In this document: piece after piece, positions 56,051-64,000 of the stretch
How the letters are laid out: each line of letters opens with the position of its first letter
How positions within the stretch are numbered: the first letter of the stretch is position 1
Origin: Candidatus Beckwithbacteria bacterium
Lineage (GTDB): Bacteria; Patescibacteriota; Microgenomatia; UBA1400; CG1-02-47-37
Assembly: GCA_026397255.1 (NCBI GenBank)
Contig: JAPLVF010000013.1
Span: 85,030-149,029, forward strand
DNA length: 64,000 bases
Reading direction: 5' to 3'
Made by a program: the position numbers and the translations under genes
Notes under the pieces: model-generated
Told to the model about the DNA's origin: nothing
The model's database searches: none
Seen by the model: only the letters and a program-made list of their open reading frames with translations

Positions 56051-56710
56051 ATGAAATTTTTTAGATATTTGCTGGCGTTTTTAACTATCTTAATTTTTAT
56101 TTTGGCCATTTATTTTGGGTTTTTTAAGACGAAAAATAAAGAACACACGATTCTTTCACCGATCGCAGAAGTAACTACCCAAAAAACTTCAAATTTCTCA
56201 CTAGAAAAAGCACCAACGGAATCACTTAAAGGAAAAATTGTGACTATGACAGGAGAAATTAGCTGGCAGTCAAGAACGGCAACTGAGGCAGCCAGAATTT
56301 TTTCGCCCAGCGAAATTCAACAAGGAGAGAAATTAATTACCGGAGAAAAAAGCAATTTAGCTTTGGTTTTTACAGAGGCCTGTTCGGTAACACTTTCGGA
56401 GAAAACAGAAATGGAGATTGTGCAAACTCTTCCGGCCAATATAGTTTTTTCCCAAACTAACGGGACTGGCGAATATGTTAAAACAGGTGGTTATCCTGTG
56501 ACTATCAGGGTGATGAACCTTTTGGCAGAAGAGGATGGTGATATGATCGTCTCTATTGATCCAAAAAAACCGATTATTAGCTTGACTCTAAGGTCAGGAA
56601 AAGCGACGGCGGCCTTTAATGATTTAAATTATGTCAGTCATGAAATGACAGTGGTTGCCGGACAAACTTTTATTTTCAATTATGATACGCGGAAAGGGGT
56701 TCTAAAATAG
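56051..56710 (+). CDS. Hypothetical signal-anchored secreted protein (219 aa)
   Basis: MKFFRYLLAFLTILIFILAIYFGFF is a signal anchor. The 3' end overlaps the convergent GH18 gene by about 35 nt. Confidence 0.5.
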   Translation: MKFFRYLLAFLTILIFILAIYFGFFKTKNKEHTILSPIAEVTTQKTSNFSLEKAPTESLKGKIVTMTGEISWQSRTATEAARIFSPSEIQQGEKLITGEKSNLALVFTEACSVTLSEKTEMEIVQTLPANIVFSQTNGTGEYVKTGGYPVTIRVMNLLAEEDGDMIVSIDPKKPIISLTLRSGKATAAFNDLNYVSHEMTVVAGQTFIFNYDTRKGVLK

Positions 56711-57848
56711 TTTCTCCCTCGTACCCTAAAGCCCAAAGAGCAATGCCGCCAAGGGAATTTTGTTTGGCTAACTCAGTTTTATACTGGATGGCCGCTTTAT
56801 CCGGATAAAAAATTTGGTAATAAGTTTTAGTTGTCTGGTCCTCATAAATAAAGTGGCTTTCTTTATCAATTTGGTCAAACTGGGCACTGCAAGTAGCACA
56901 GTCTGCCAACAAAGTCTCCGCCCGGACATTGCTGATAATAAAGCCTGTTCCCGGAATAATTGCCGAGCGGGGAACATTGCCGATGGCTTCCCAGCCGTAG
57001 CCATAAAGAGGAATGCCTAAAATAAGTTTTTTGGCAGGCATTATTTTAAGAGCCGCCTCAACTGCAGCTTGAGTGTCGAATTCGGAAACCACTCCTGCCC
57101 CCTCTCCCGGAGCCACCGGTCCGGTGACATAAGAACCGATGTAGTGATAGTCATAAGCCATGAGAATTACTTTATCAACCAGCGAAGCCAGGATAGCCGG
57201 ATCGGAAAGGTTTGTTTCTTTGACAAAAGCAAAGGCAGTAATATCAATAGACAGGCTTTTTACTTTTTTAGGATCGAGGTTGCTTTTGACTGCTTGAACA
57301 AAACGGGTAAATTTTACCCGGGCTGCAGGAGAGGCATCTTGAGTCTGTTCAATGTCTAAATTTAAATCAGTAAAACCATAATTCTCCATTATGGGAGTAA
57401 CTGCTTCGACTAAATTTTTAGCGCTGGCTTCCGGATCAGCCAGCAGATTATTTATGGTTTCGTCATCAACGCTGAAGACAGCCAACGAAAGCTTAACTTT
57501 TTTTTCTTTGGCGCTATTAATGAAAGGGTCAATTTTGCCGCTGGTGAGGGCTAAATAGCCGGGTTCACTTTCTCCGGGATTGGTATATTTTTGAATGGTC
57601 CCGTCACCGGCAACGGTCAAGCTAAAATAGGTCAACGTAGTAATATATTTTGAGTAATCGTTTTGGGCCCGGCTGACCAACCAATAAGGCAGGAAACCGA
57701 CAACTTCCCGACGGGGAATGACAATATTAACCAATGAGACTTTTTCGCCGGAGATTTTTGGCAGGAAGTAATTATAAATTGTCAGATATCCGGCAAAAAT
57801 TACGGCGATTAAAATTAGAAAGATTAAGACGCTTTTTCGCTTCATCAA
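56676..57848 (-). CDS. Glycoside hydrolase family 18-like protein (YdhD/YaaH-like), N-terminally anchored
   Basis: YGFTDLNLDIEQ aligns to the GH18 DGxDxDWE region with the catalytic Glu retained. LILGIPLYGYGWE is a GH18 hallmark. A TM helix is at the N-terminus. Confidence 0.7.
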   Translation of the reverse strand: MMKRKSVLIFLILIAVIFAGYLTIYNYFLPKISGEKVSLVNIVIPRREVVGFLPYWLVSRAQNDYSKYITTLTYFSLTVAGDGTIQKYTNPGESEPGYLALTSGKIDPFINSAKEKKVKLSLAVFSVDDETINNLLADPEASAKNLVEAVTPIMENYGFTDLNLDIEQTQDASPAARVKFTRFVQAVKSNLDPKKVKSLSIDITAFAFVKETNLSDPAILASLVDKVILMAYDYHYIGSYVTGPVAPGEGAGVVSEFDTQAAVEAALKIMPAKKLILGIPLYGYGWEAIGNVPRSAIIPGTGFIISNVRAETLLADCATCSAQFDQIDKESHFIYEDQTTKTYYQIFYPDKAAIQYKTELAKQNSLGGIALWALGYEGETILEPLSAYHN

Positions 57849-57869
57849 AAGAAATTATATAATACTTTA

Positions 57870-58706
57870 ATGAAGAGGACCTTAATATTTATTTTATTAC
57901 TAGTAATCGCTGGGGGGATTTTGGGGGTAGTAAAATATTTCTCTCAGCGTAAGACTGATTTCCAAGCCGCAACTGCACATCAACCAAAAATCCCCTTTCA
58001 AAAACTAATCAAGGAGTCAGAAACGGTAAAAGTGCCGATCCTCATTTATCATTACGTGGAATATGTCAAAGATGAAGGAGACACAATCAGAAAAAGCCTG
58101 AACATCACGCCGAATATTTTTGAAAAACAAATTCAGACACTTTTAGATAATTCTTATTCTTTCATTTTTATCGATGAGCTGGCGGATTATCTGGATGGCA
58201 AGGTCAAATTAGCGCCAAAACCGATTATTTTAACTTTTGATGACGGCTATGAAGACTTTTATACCGTGGTTTTGCCAATATTAACAAAACATAACGTCAA
58301 GGCGACGGTTTATATTGTGCCGGGATTTTTGGACAAACTAAATGCGATGACGAGTAAACAAATTCAGGAAGTAGCTAACAGCGGCCTGGTGGAAATTGCC
58401 TCGCACACAGTTCATCATATCAATCTTAAATATGAGTCGGCTAAAATAGCCGAAGCAGAAATTATCGACAGTAAAAACAAACTGGAACAGCTAATTGCCA
58501 AAAGGGTGAATAATTTTGCTTACCCTTACGGCGGTTTTAATGAAGAAACAATCAAATTGCTTAAGGAAGCGGGGTACCGAACGGCGGTGACGGATACAAA
58601 CGGCAGTTACCAATCTGAAGTTAATCGCTATTATCTTTATCGTCTGCGTCCAGGAGCCAAAACCGGCAAAGAGTTAATCGACTGGTTGGAGAGTTTGGAA
58701 AAATAA
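57870..58706 (+). CDS. Polysaccharide deacetylase (NodB homology domain), N-terminally anchored
   Basis: ILTFDDGYEDFYTVVLPIL is NodB motif 1 (TFDDG). ...HTVHHINL is also present. Confidence 0.8.
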   Translation: MKRTLIFILLLVIAGGILGVVKYFSQRKTDFQAATAHQPKIPFQKLIKESETVKVPILIYHYVEYVKDEGDTIRKSLNITPNIFEKQIQTLLDNSYSFIFIDELADYLDGKVKLAPKPIILTFDDGYEDFYTVVLPILTKHNVKATVYIVPGFLDKLNAMTSKQIQEVANSGLVEIASHTVHHINLKYESAKIAEAEIIDSKNKLEQLIAKRVNNFAYPYGGFNEETIKLLKEAGYRTAVTDTNGSYQSEVNRYYLYRLRPGAKTGKELIDWLESLEK

Positions 58707-58707
58707 A

Positions 58708-60486
58708 TCAGTGTAAATCGTATTTGGCGAGAAGTTTTTGGTTACCGGCAATTTGGTAGCGCAAGAGTTCGGAATAAACCCCGGGTTTTTGGGCTAATTC
58801 ACCCGGAGTGCCAACATTAACCAATTTCCCTTCATCAATCACCAAAATTTGGTCGGCGGCCTGAATGGTGGAGAAGCGGTGGGCAATAATAATCACTAAT
58901 TTATCTTTCATTAAATTTTCCAGAGCAGATTGAATTGTGCTTTCAGACTGAGAATCAAGGTTGCTGGTAGCTTCGTCCAAAATTAAAATCGGTGAGTTGC
59001 GCATAATCGCCCGGGCGATTTGAATCCGCTGTTTTTGGCCGCCGGAAAGCTTAACTCCCCGTTCGCCGATTTCGGCATCTAATTTGCCTGGCAATTGCCT
59101 CACAAAATCATAGGCATTGGCTTTTTTTAAAGCAGAAATAATCGCTTCATCTGAGGCTTTAGTCAGTCCATAGCTGACGTTTTCCCGGACAGTGGTAGAA
59201 AACAATTCATTATCCTGGAACACCAGAGAAATATGGCTACGGATCTGTTGGTGGGTCAATCGGCTGTAAGGTTGATTGTTTAAATAAATCTCGCCGGAAG
59301 CCGGCTGATAAAATTTTAAAACCAAGTTGATAATGGTGGATTTGCCGGCGCCGGAGTGACCGACTAAGGCAATAGTTTGACGGCCGGGAGTCGAAAAACT
59401 TAAATTGTGCAAAACTTCCTGACCGTCAGCCGAGTAGCGAAAAGAAACTTTATCAAAACGCAGGCTGGGGGGTTTAATAATTTTGACCGGCGGCAAAGGC
59501 AACAGATTTAATTTTTCTTCTGACTCTAAATCCATAACTTCAAAATATTCCTTAGAACCGCTTTCCGCCGCCTGAATTCTTTCCAAAATAAAACTCATCG
59601 CAAACAACGGCCGGCGCATCAGGTTAATCAACTGTAAAATCAAAACCATTTCGCCTAAAGTTAATTTGCCGGTAAAAGTTTGGCTGAAAGTAATCAGAGA
59701 AATTAGGACTAAAACCAGCTCGAGGCTAAATTCACGGATAAAATTAATGATGTGATAAGTAGTGGATTGACGGTCATAAATTTCGTTAACTTTGGCCAGG
59801 ATTTTGGAAACTAATTTCCATTCCAGCGCCTGGGCCATAAAACCCCGGACCAAACGAATATTGCTGATGACTTCGCTGATGCGGCCGCGGGCAATATCTT
59901 CCAGTCGGTTTTTTTTAACTTCTTCTTTGCCCCATTTTTTGGTCGAGTAATTACTCATTAAGATATAGGCAGGAAAAATCAGAAAGGCGAGCAAGCCGAT
60001 CGGCCGGCTGTAATAAAACAGAATCCCGACGGTAAAAATGCTTTGGAAAATGGCCGGCAAAACAAAGTTGGTGAACATCCCCATAAAATCCTGAATGGAT
60101 TGGATGCCGCGGATAAGTTGATTTAAGATTTTTCCGGAAATCTCCGAGTCAAAATATTTTTGGGGCAGGGTAAAAACGTGCGAGTAAAATTTTTCGGTTA
60201 AAAAACGGCGCAAACGACTGTTAATGTAGTCGCCAAAACGCATACTTAAGGAATCAAGCAGGGAAGATAAAAGATTAACTACCAATAAGCCCAACATTAA
60301 CAGGCTGACGGTTTGAAGATTGCCGTTATGGGTAGTAATCTCTTTTTGAATGTTATCAACGATAAATTTTATAAAAAACGGTTGGACCTGCTGCAAAACA
60401 GACATCACTAAAACCAACAAGCTTAAAAGCAAAGTCAGCCGATACAAAGGTTTGGATAAGGCGATAATTTTGCGGATGTTCTTCAT
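58708..60486 (-). CDS. ABC exporter, fused permease-ATPase (MsbA/lipid A exporter-like)
   Basis: 592 aa with 6 N-terminal TM helices. GHSGAGKST is Walker A, LSGGQKQRIQIARA is the signature motif and ILILDEATSNLD is Walker B. Confidence 0.85.
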   Translation of the reverse strand: MKNIRKIIALSKPLYRLTLLLSLLVLVMSVLQQVQPFFIKFIVDNIQKEITTHNGNLQTVSLLMLGLLVVNLLSSLLDSLSMRFGDYINSRLRRFLTEKFYSHVFTLPQKYFDSEISGKILNQLIRGIQSIQDFMGMFTNFVLPAIFQSIFTVGILFYYSRPIGLLAFLIFPAYILMSNYSTKKWGKEEVKKNRLEDIARGRISEVISNIRLVRGFMAQALEWKLVSKILAKVNEIYDRQSTTYHIINFIREFSLELVLVLISLITFSQTFTGKLTLGEMVLILQLINLMRRPLFAMSFILERIQAAESGSKEYFEVMDLESEEKLNLLPLPPVKIIKPPSLRFDKVSFRYSADGQEVLHNLSFSTPGRQTIALVGHSGAGKSTIINLVLKFYQPASGEIYLNNQPYSRLTHQQIRSHISLVFQDNELFSTTVRENVSYGLTKASDEAIISALKKANAYDFVRQLPGKLDAEIGERGVKLSGGQKQRIQIARAIMRNSPILILDEATSNLDSQSESTIQSALENLMKDKLVIIIAHRFSTIQAADQILVIDEGKLVNVGTPGELAQKPGVYSELLRYQIAGNQKLLAKYDLH

Positions 60487-60524
60487 AAGAAAGATTTTAT
60501 AAGGAATTATAATATAATTAATTA

Positions 60525-61052
60525 ATGAAATCTCTAAAATTAATTATTTTTATTTTAGTTTTGGGGCTTGTTGGCAGTATAATTGTATTGAGCCAGAAAA
60601 AAGGGGTAAAGATGCAAATATTCAGTTCCGCTTTTGAAAACGGGGAAACAATACCGAGCAAATATAGCTGTGATGGTGACAATGTTGGCCCGCCGTTAAC
60701 TTTTGCGAACGTACCGGAAACAACTAAATCACTGGCGTTAATTGTTGATGATCCGGATGCGCCGTCAGGAACCTGGATTCATTGGTTAATTTGGAATATT
60801 GACCCGAAAACAACAACGTTAGCAGAAAATTCCGTACCGGCAGGCGCAGTTCAGGGAACCGCCAGTTCCGGACAAGCCAAATACGGCGGGCCGTGTCCGC
60901 CATCAGGCGAGCATCGCTATTTTTTCAAACTTTATGCCTTGGACAGCAGACTCAATCTAATTAGTTCGGCAAGAATTGAAGAGTTGGAAGCGGCAATAAA
61001 GGGGCATGTTTTAACCCAAGCCCAAATTATGGGCCGCTACGGACGAGAATAA
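60525..61052 (+). CDS. PEBP/YbhB-YbcL family protein, secreted
   Basis: LIVDDPDAPSGTWIHW...GGPCPPSGEHRYFFKLYALD are PEBP signature motifs (DPDAP, GxHR). A signal peptide is present. Confidence 0.75.
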   Translation: MKSLKLIIFILVLGLVGSIIVLSQKKGVKMQIFSSAFENGETIPSKYSCDGDNVGPPLTFANVPETTKSLALIVDDPDAPSGTWIHWLIWNIDPKTTTLAENSVPAGAVQGTASSGQAKYGGPCPPSGEHRYFFKLYALDSRLNLISSARIEELEAAIKGHVLTQAQIMGRYGRE

Positions 61053-61435
61053 ACTGGATTTAACTGGATATTTTGAGCGGTCACACTGCCATCGGCATTA
61101 GTAGTGCCAAAAACAGCGACCTTTTGTCCAACAGTTAAATCAGCAGTGGTCGCTTCACTGGCTTTATTGATAGTCGTGCTAGCAGAAAAGAGAATGATTT
61201 TGCTGCTGCCATCAGTCAATTTAACGGTGATGGATTTGTCAGTACTGGCAATAATATCGCCATTAACCGGCCCTCCTCCGCCAAGGCTACGGCGGGGCGA
61301 GCCTCCCCCCTGACCATTTCCCAGTTGTCGATTAAAGATAGGCTGTTTTCCTTGCTGATATTTTATGCCACCAACAAAGCCACCGACACCAACAATCACC
61401 ACTAATAAAAGAGTAATAATTAAGTTTTTATTCAT
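61037..61435 (-). CDS. Hypothetical N-terminally anchored Gly-rich protein (132 aa)
   Basis: TM anchor followed by GNGQGGGSPRRSLGGGGPVNG. It overlaps the neighbours by a few nt. Confidence 0.4.
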   Translation of the reverse strand: MNKNLIITLLLVVIVGVGGFVGGIKYQQGKQPIFNRQLGNGQGGGSPRRSLGGGGPVNGDIIASTDKSITVKLTDGSSKIILFSASTTINKASEATTADLTVGQKVAVFGTTNADGSVTAQNIQLNPVYSRP

Positions 61436-62654
61436 ATCTTAAGGCTTCGATGGGTTGGAGATTGGCGGCTTTTCGGGCAGGATACCAACCAAAAATAATC
61501 CCAATGGCTCCGGACACGCCGATGGCCATAATAATTGATGAGGCAGACATGGTAAAAGGTAAATTAATTAATTTGGAAATAATTAAAGAGATAATAATGC
61601 CTAAAATCATGCCAAAAATTCCACCGGTAATGGTTAAAATGATTGATTCGATTAAAAATTGGGCAACAACAGTCTTTTTCTTCGCCCCCAGGGCTTTTCT
61701 TAAACCAATTTCCCGGGTTCTTTCCGTCACCGTAACCAGCATAATATTCATAATGCCGATGCCGCCGACCAATAAAGAAATGGCGGCAATGCCGGAAAGC
61801 ATACCGGTAAAAGTGCTGGTAATTGAGGAGGCAGTATTTAAAATGTCCTGTTGGGAAAAGATAGAAAAGTCGGCTTGAATCGGATCATTAAATTTATGCC
61901 GGGCTAATAATAAATAACCGATTTGATTTTGGGCATCAGTCATAACGTCAGCGTTGATGGCTTCAACGGCAATTGAACTAAGGTAGTTAACGCCAAAAAG
62001 TTCTTTTTGGGCAGTCGACAAGGGCACGTAAATAATGTCGTCCTGATTTTGAAATCCGCTGCCGCCTTTGGAAGTAGTCTCGCCAATAATAGTAAAAGTT
62101 TGACCACTGATCCGAAGGGTTTGTCCTTCGACGGGCTCAGGATTATCGCCAAATAAATCGCTCACCACCTGGGGACCAACCACCGCTACCTTACCCAAGG
62201 TATCCACATCTCTCTGGCTAATAAAGTTCCCGGAAGAGAGAGTGACTTTATGAACATCGGTATAAACAGGCGTGGCTCCAACTACCTGAGTATTGGTGTT
62301 ATTAGCCCCAGTCGTTACCTGACTTCTTCGGGAAAATTCCGCTGAAACATTTTTAACGGTAGTAATTTGAGGAGAGTTGGTAATGGCCGCGGCATCATCA
62401 TTAGTTAAAGTTGTTGAACCACCACCGGCTCCCCTAACGGCACCGCTTCTTTGGGCCCCAGGACTAACTGTTAATAAATTAGTGCCTAAGGCTTGAATTT
62501 GGGATTGAACCGCTTGCTGGCTGGCCCGGCCTAAAGACACCAAGGCAATGACGCTGCCGATACCGATCACTATGCCCAGTATGGCCAAACCCGTCCGCAG
62601 TTTATTGACAGTCAGGGTGGTTAAACTTTCTAAGAATAGTTGAGTAAAGTCCAT
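61428..62654 (-). CDS. MacB/FtsX-family ABC transporter permease
   Basis: 408 aa with an N-terminal TM helix, a large periplasmic domain and three C-terminal TM helices (MacB topology). Confidence 0.8.
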   Translation of the reverse strand: MDFTQLFLESLTTLTVNKLRTGLAILGIVIGIGSVIALVSLGRASQQAVQSQIQALGTNLLTVSPGAQRSGAVRGAGGGSTTLTNDDAAAITNSPQITTVKNVSAEFSRRSQVTTGANNTNTQVVGATPVYTDVHKVTLSSGNFISQRDVDTLGKVAVVGPQVVSDLFGDNPEPVEGQTLRISGQTFTIIGETTSKGGSGFQNQDDIIYVPLSTAQKELFGVNYLSSIAVEAINADVMTDAQNQIGYLLLARHKFNDPIQADFSIFSQQDILNTASSITSTFTGMLSGIAAISLLVGGIGIMNIMLVTVTERTREIGLRKALGAKKKTVVAQFLIESIILTITGGIFGMILGIIISLIISKLINLPFTMSASSIIMAIGVSGAIGIIFGWYPARKAANLQPIEALRYE

Positions 62655-62656
62655 AA

Positions 62657-63367
62657 TTATTGTTTTAATTTAACTTGTTTATTAAGACTGTCTTTGATAA
62701 TTTTTCCGTCACGGATTTGGATAATTCTTTTTGAATGTTCCGCGATATCCGGCTCATGGGTAATCATGACAATCGTATGCCCGGCATTATTTAATTTTTG
62801 AAAAATGGCCATAATTTCTTCGGCTTGATTAGAAGCAATGTTCCCGGTCGGCTCATCGGCTAAAATCATGGACGGATCTAGCACTAAGGCACGGGCGATG
62901 GCTACCCGCTGCTGCTGGCCGCCGGATAGTTGATTGGAGGTGTGGTTTAAACGATCGCCTAAACCAACCAGCTGGAGATATTTTTCCGCCTCTTGTTGAC
63001 GTTTGGTTTTATCAATCCCGGCATACATCATCGGCAACATCACATTTTTCAAAGCCGTGGTGCGGGGTAAAAGATTAAAAGCCTGAAAAACAAAACCAAT
63101 TTTCTGATTGCGGATATCGGCCAATTCGTCGTCAGAAAGCTTATTTACACTCACTCCGTCAAGAAGATACTCACCACTGGTAGGTTTATCAAGAGCACCC
63201 AAAATATGCATCAAAGTGGATTTACCGGAACCGGAAGGACCCATGATCGCCACAAATTCGCCTTGATTAATGCGAAAAGAAACATCGGAAATAGCAATCG
63301 TTTCGAGAGTATCAATCTGATAAATTTTGGTCAGATGGCTGGTTTGAATAATCGGACGGAGACTCAT
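62657..63367 (-). CDS. ABC transporter ATP-binding protein (MacB/LolD-type)
   Basis: GPSGSGKST is Walker [16 protein letters not shown] is the signature motif and [13 protein letters not shown] is Walker B. Confidence 0.85.
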   Translation of the reverse strand: MSLRPIIQTSHLTKIYQIDTLETIAISDVSFRINQGEFVAIMGPSGSGKSTLMHILGALDKPTSGEYLLDGVSVNKLSDDELADIRNQKIGFVFQAFNLLPRTTALKNVMLPMMYAGIDKTKRQQEAEKYLQLVGLGDRLNHTSNQLSGGQQQRVAIARALVLDPSMILADEPTGNIASNQAEEIMAIFQKLNNAGHTIVMITHEPDIAEHSKRIIQIRDGKIIKDSLNKQVKLKQ

Positions 63368-64000
63368 CTTCCCCCAAATCCCCGATTACCGCCAAGACTA
63401 AAAGGGGAAGTAGTGGTTTGAGTCCGGCTGGTAGTGGAATTGGTAGTACTAATAACAACCGTGTCGCCTTCAGACAAACCGGAAGTGATTTCTGTCTGAG
63501 TACTGGATGATAAACCGGTGACCACAGCAACTTGGCTGACCTGATTATTTTTCATTATCTGAACATACGTCTGGCCGTTTTGGCTATGAACCGCAGCCGA
63601 AGGAATCAATAGAATGTCATTTTTTGTCTGGGTGATGATATTGGCTTGACCGGTCATATTAGGGAAAATCTCGTCCGCGCCAAGATCGAGCTTGATGACC
63701 GCCGGATAAGAGGTGACGCCAGAACTGACAATACCGGTAGTATCAATACTGACAACTTTGCCGGTATAGGTTTTTCCCGGGAAAGCATCTAGGGTTATTG
63801 TCGCTAAATTTCCCGGTTGGACGTTGGGAACATCAATTTGAGTAAGATTAACGGTGACTGCCGGTGCGGCTTGGGTTTTAATGTTGGCGATTCTTTGAGA
63901 CGTAGAGCTACCAGTAGAACTGGTTTGCGCAGTCAAAACCGAACCGACCTGAAGCGAAAGACCGCTAATAACACCGGAAATCGGGGCATAAATTGTCGGG
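63364..64000 (-). CDS. Periplasmic adaptor (HlyD/MacA-like membrane fusion protein), C-terminal part. The 5' end lies beyond the window.
   Basis: The reading frame stays open upstream of the annotated TTG start to the window edge. It is a beta-rich T/S-rich C-terminal domain directly upstream of the MacB-like genes. Confidence 0.6.
   Translation of the reverse strand, partial: PTIYAPISGVISGLSLQVGSVLTAQTSSTGSSTSQRIANIKTQAAPAVTVNLTQIDVPNVQPGNLATITLDAFPGKTYTGKVVSIDTTGIVSSGVTSYPAVIKLDLGADEIFPNMTGQANIITQTKNDILLIPSAAVHSQNGQTYVQIMKNNQVSQVAVVTGLSSSTQTEITSGLSEGDTVVISTTNSTTSRTQTTTSPFSLGGNRGFGGR

Larger units (their letters stand above)
49392..56710 (+). other. AT-rich accessory island of nine plus-strand hypothetical genes. 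No integrase or transposase detected.
   Basis: The base composition is visibly more AT-rich than both flanks by eye; this was not computed. All nine ORFs lack recognisable housekeeping motifs. The island is bounded by a surface-protein gene (minus) and a GH18 gene (minus). Confidence 0.5.

Overview
This 64 kb window looks like a compact, gene-dense bacterial chromosome segment, most likely from a reduced-genome lineage such as CPR/Patescibacteria. That placement is an inference from gene content: class I LysRS, archaeal-type TIM, an Elp3 homolog, many small tail-anchored surface proteins, few and inconsistent Shine-Dalgarno sequences, and frequent 4-nt gene overlaps. Most genes are housekeeping. 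They include rarA (partial), a sugar nucleotidyltransferase, dinB, greA, class-I lysS fused to a B3/4 domain, serS, secA, a Fic protein, ABC transporters, map, prfB, ftsE/ftsX plus an EnvC-like M23 peptidase, galE, yidC, lon, thiI, an Elp3-like protein, a MsbA-like exporter and a MacAB-like efflux system. I support two tRNA genes from structure: tRNA-Glu(CUC) near 10.6 kb and tRNA-Gln(CUG) near 48.1 kb. Several large secreted or tail-anchored surface proteins are present: a 1626-aa FN3/Ig-like giant, a 369-aa FN3 protein and a lamin-tail-domain protein. All three share an EVLGxE motif 20-30 residues before a C-terminal transmembrane segment with a basic tail. The most unusual region is a roughly 7.3 kb AT-rich island at about 49.4-56.7 kb. 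It carries nine plus-strand genes of unknown function. The first four form a tight operon that includes a Zn-ribbon protein. The next five encode small membrane or secreted proteins. Four consecutive non-homologous genes among those five are each preceded by the same 26-nt hairpin-containing motif, GGTCCnAGACCGGACCGCTCAACTAA, sitting 1-55 nt before the start codon. This looks like a cassette array with a shared cis element. I saw no integrase or transposase and no CRISPR array. Other oddities are a 30-bp direct repeat carrying a 23-bp perfect palindrome on both sides of a transporter-gene fragment upstream of yidC, a membrane-anchored double-AAA+ ClpB-like ATPase lacking the N-terminal and middle domains, an ATP-cone + Mrr-like endonuclease fusion, and a small Pro/Thr-rich ORF with a strong RBS and its own terminator. 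All calls rest on reading the translations and sequence by eye. No database searches or numerical computations were run.
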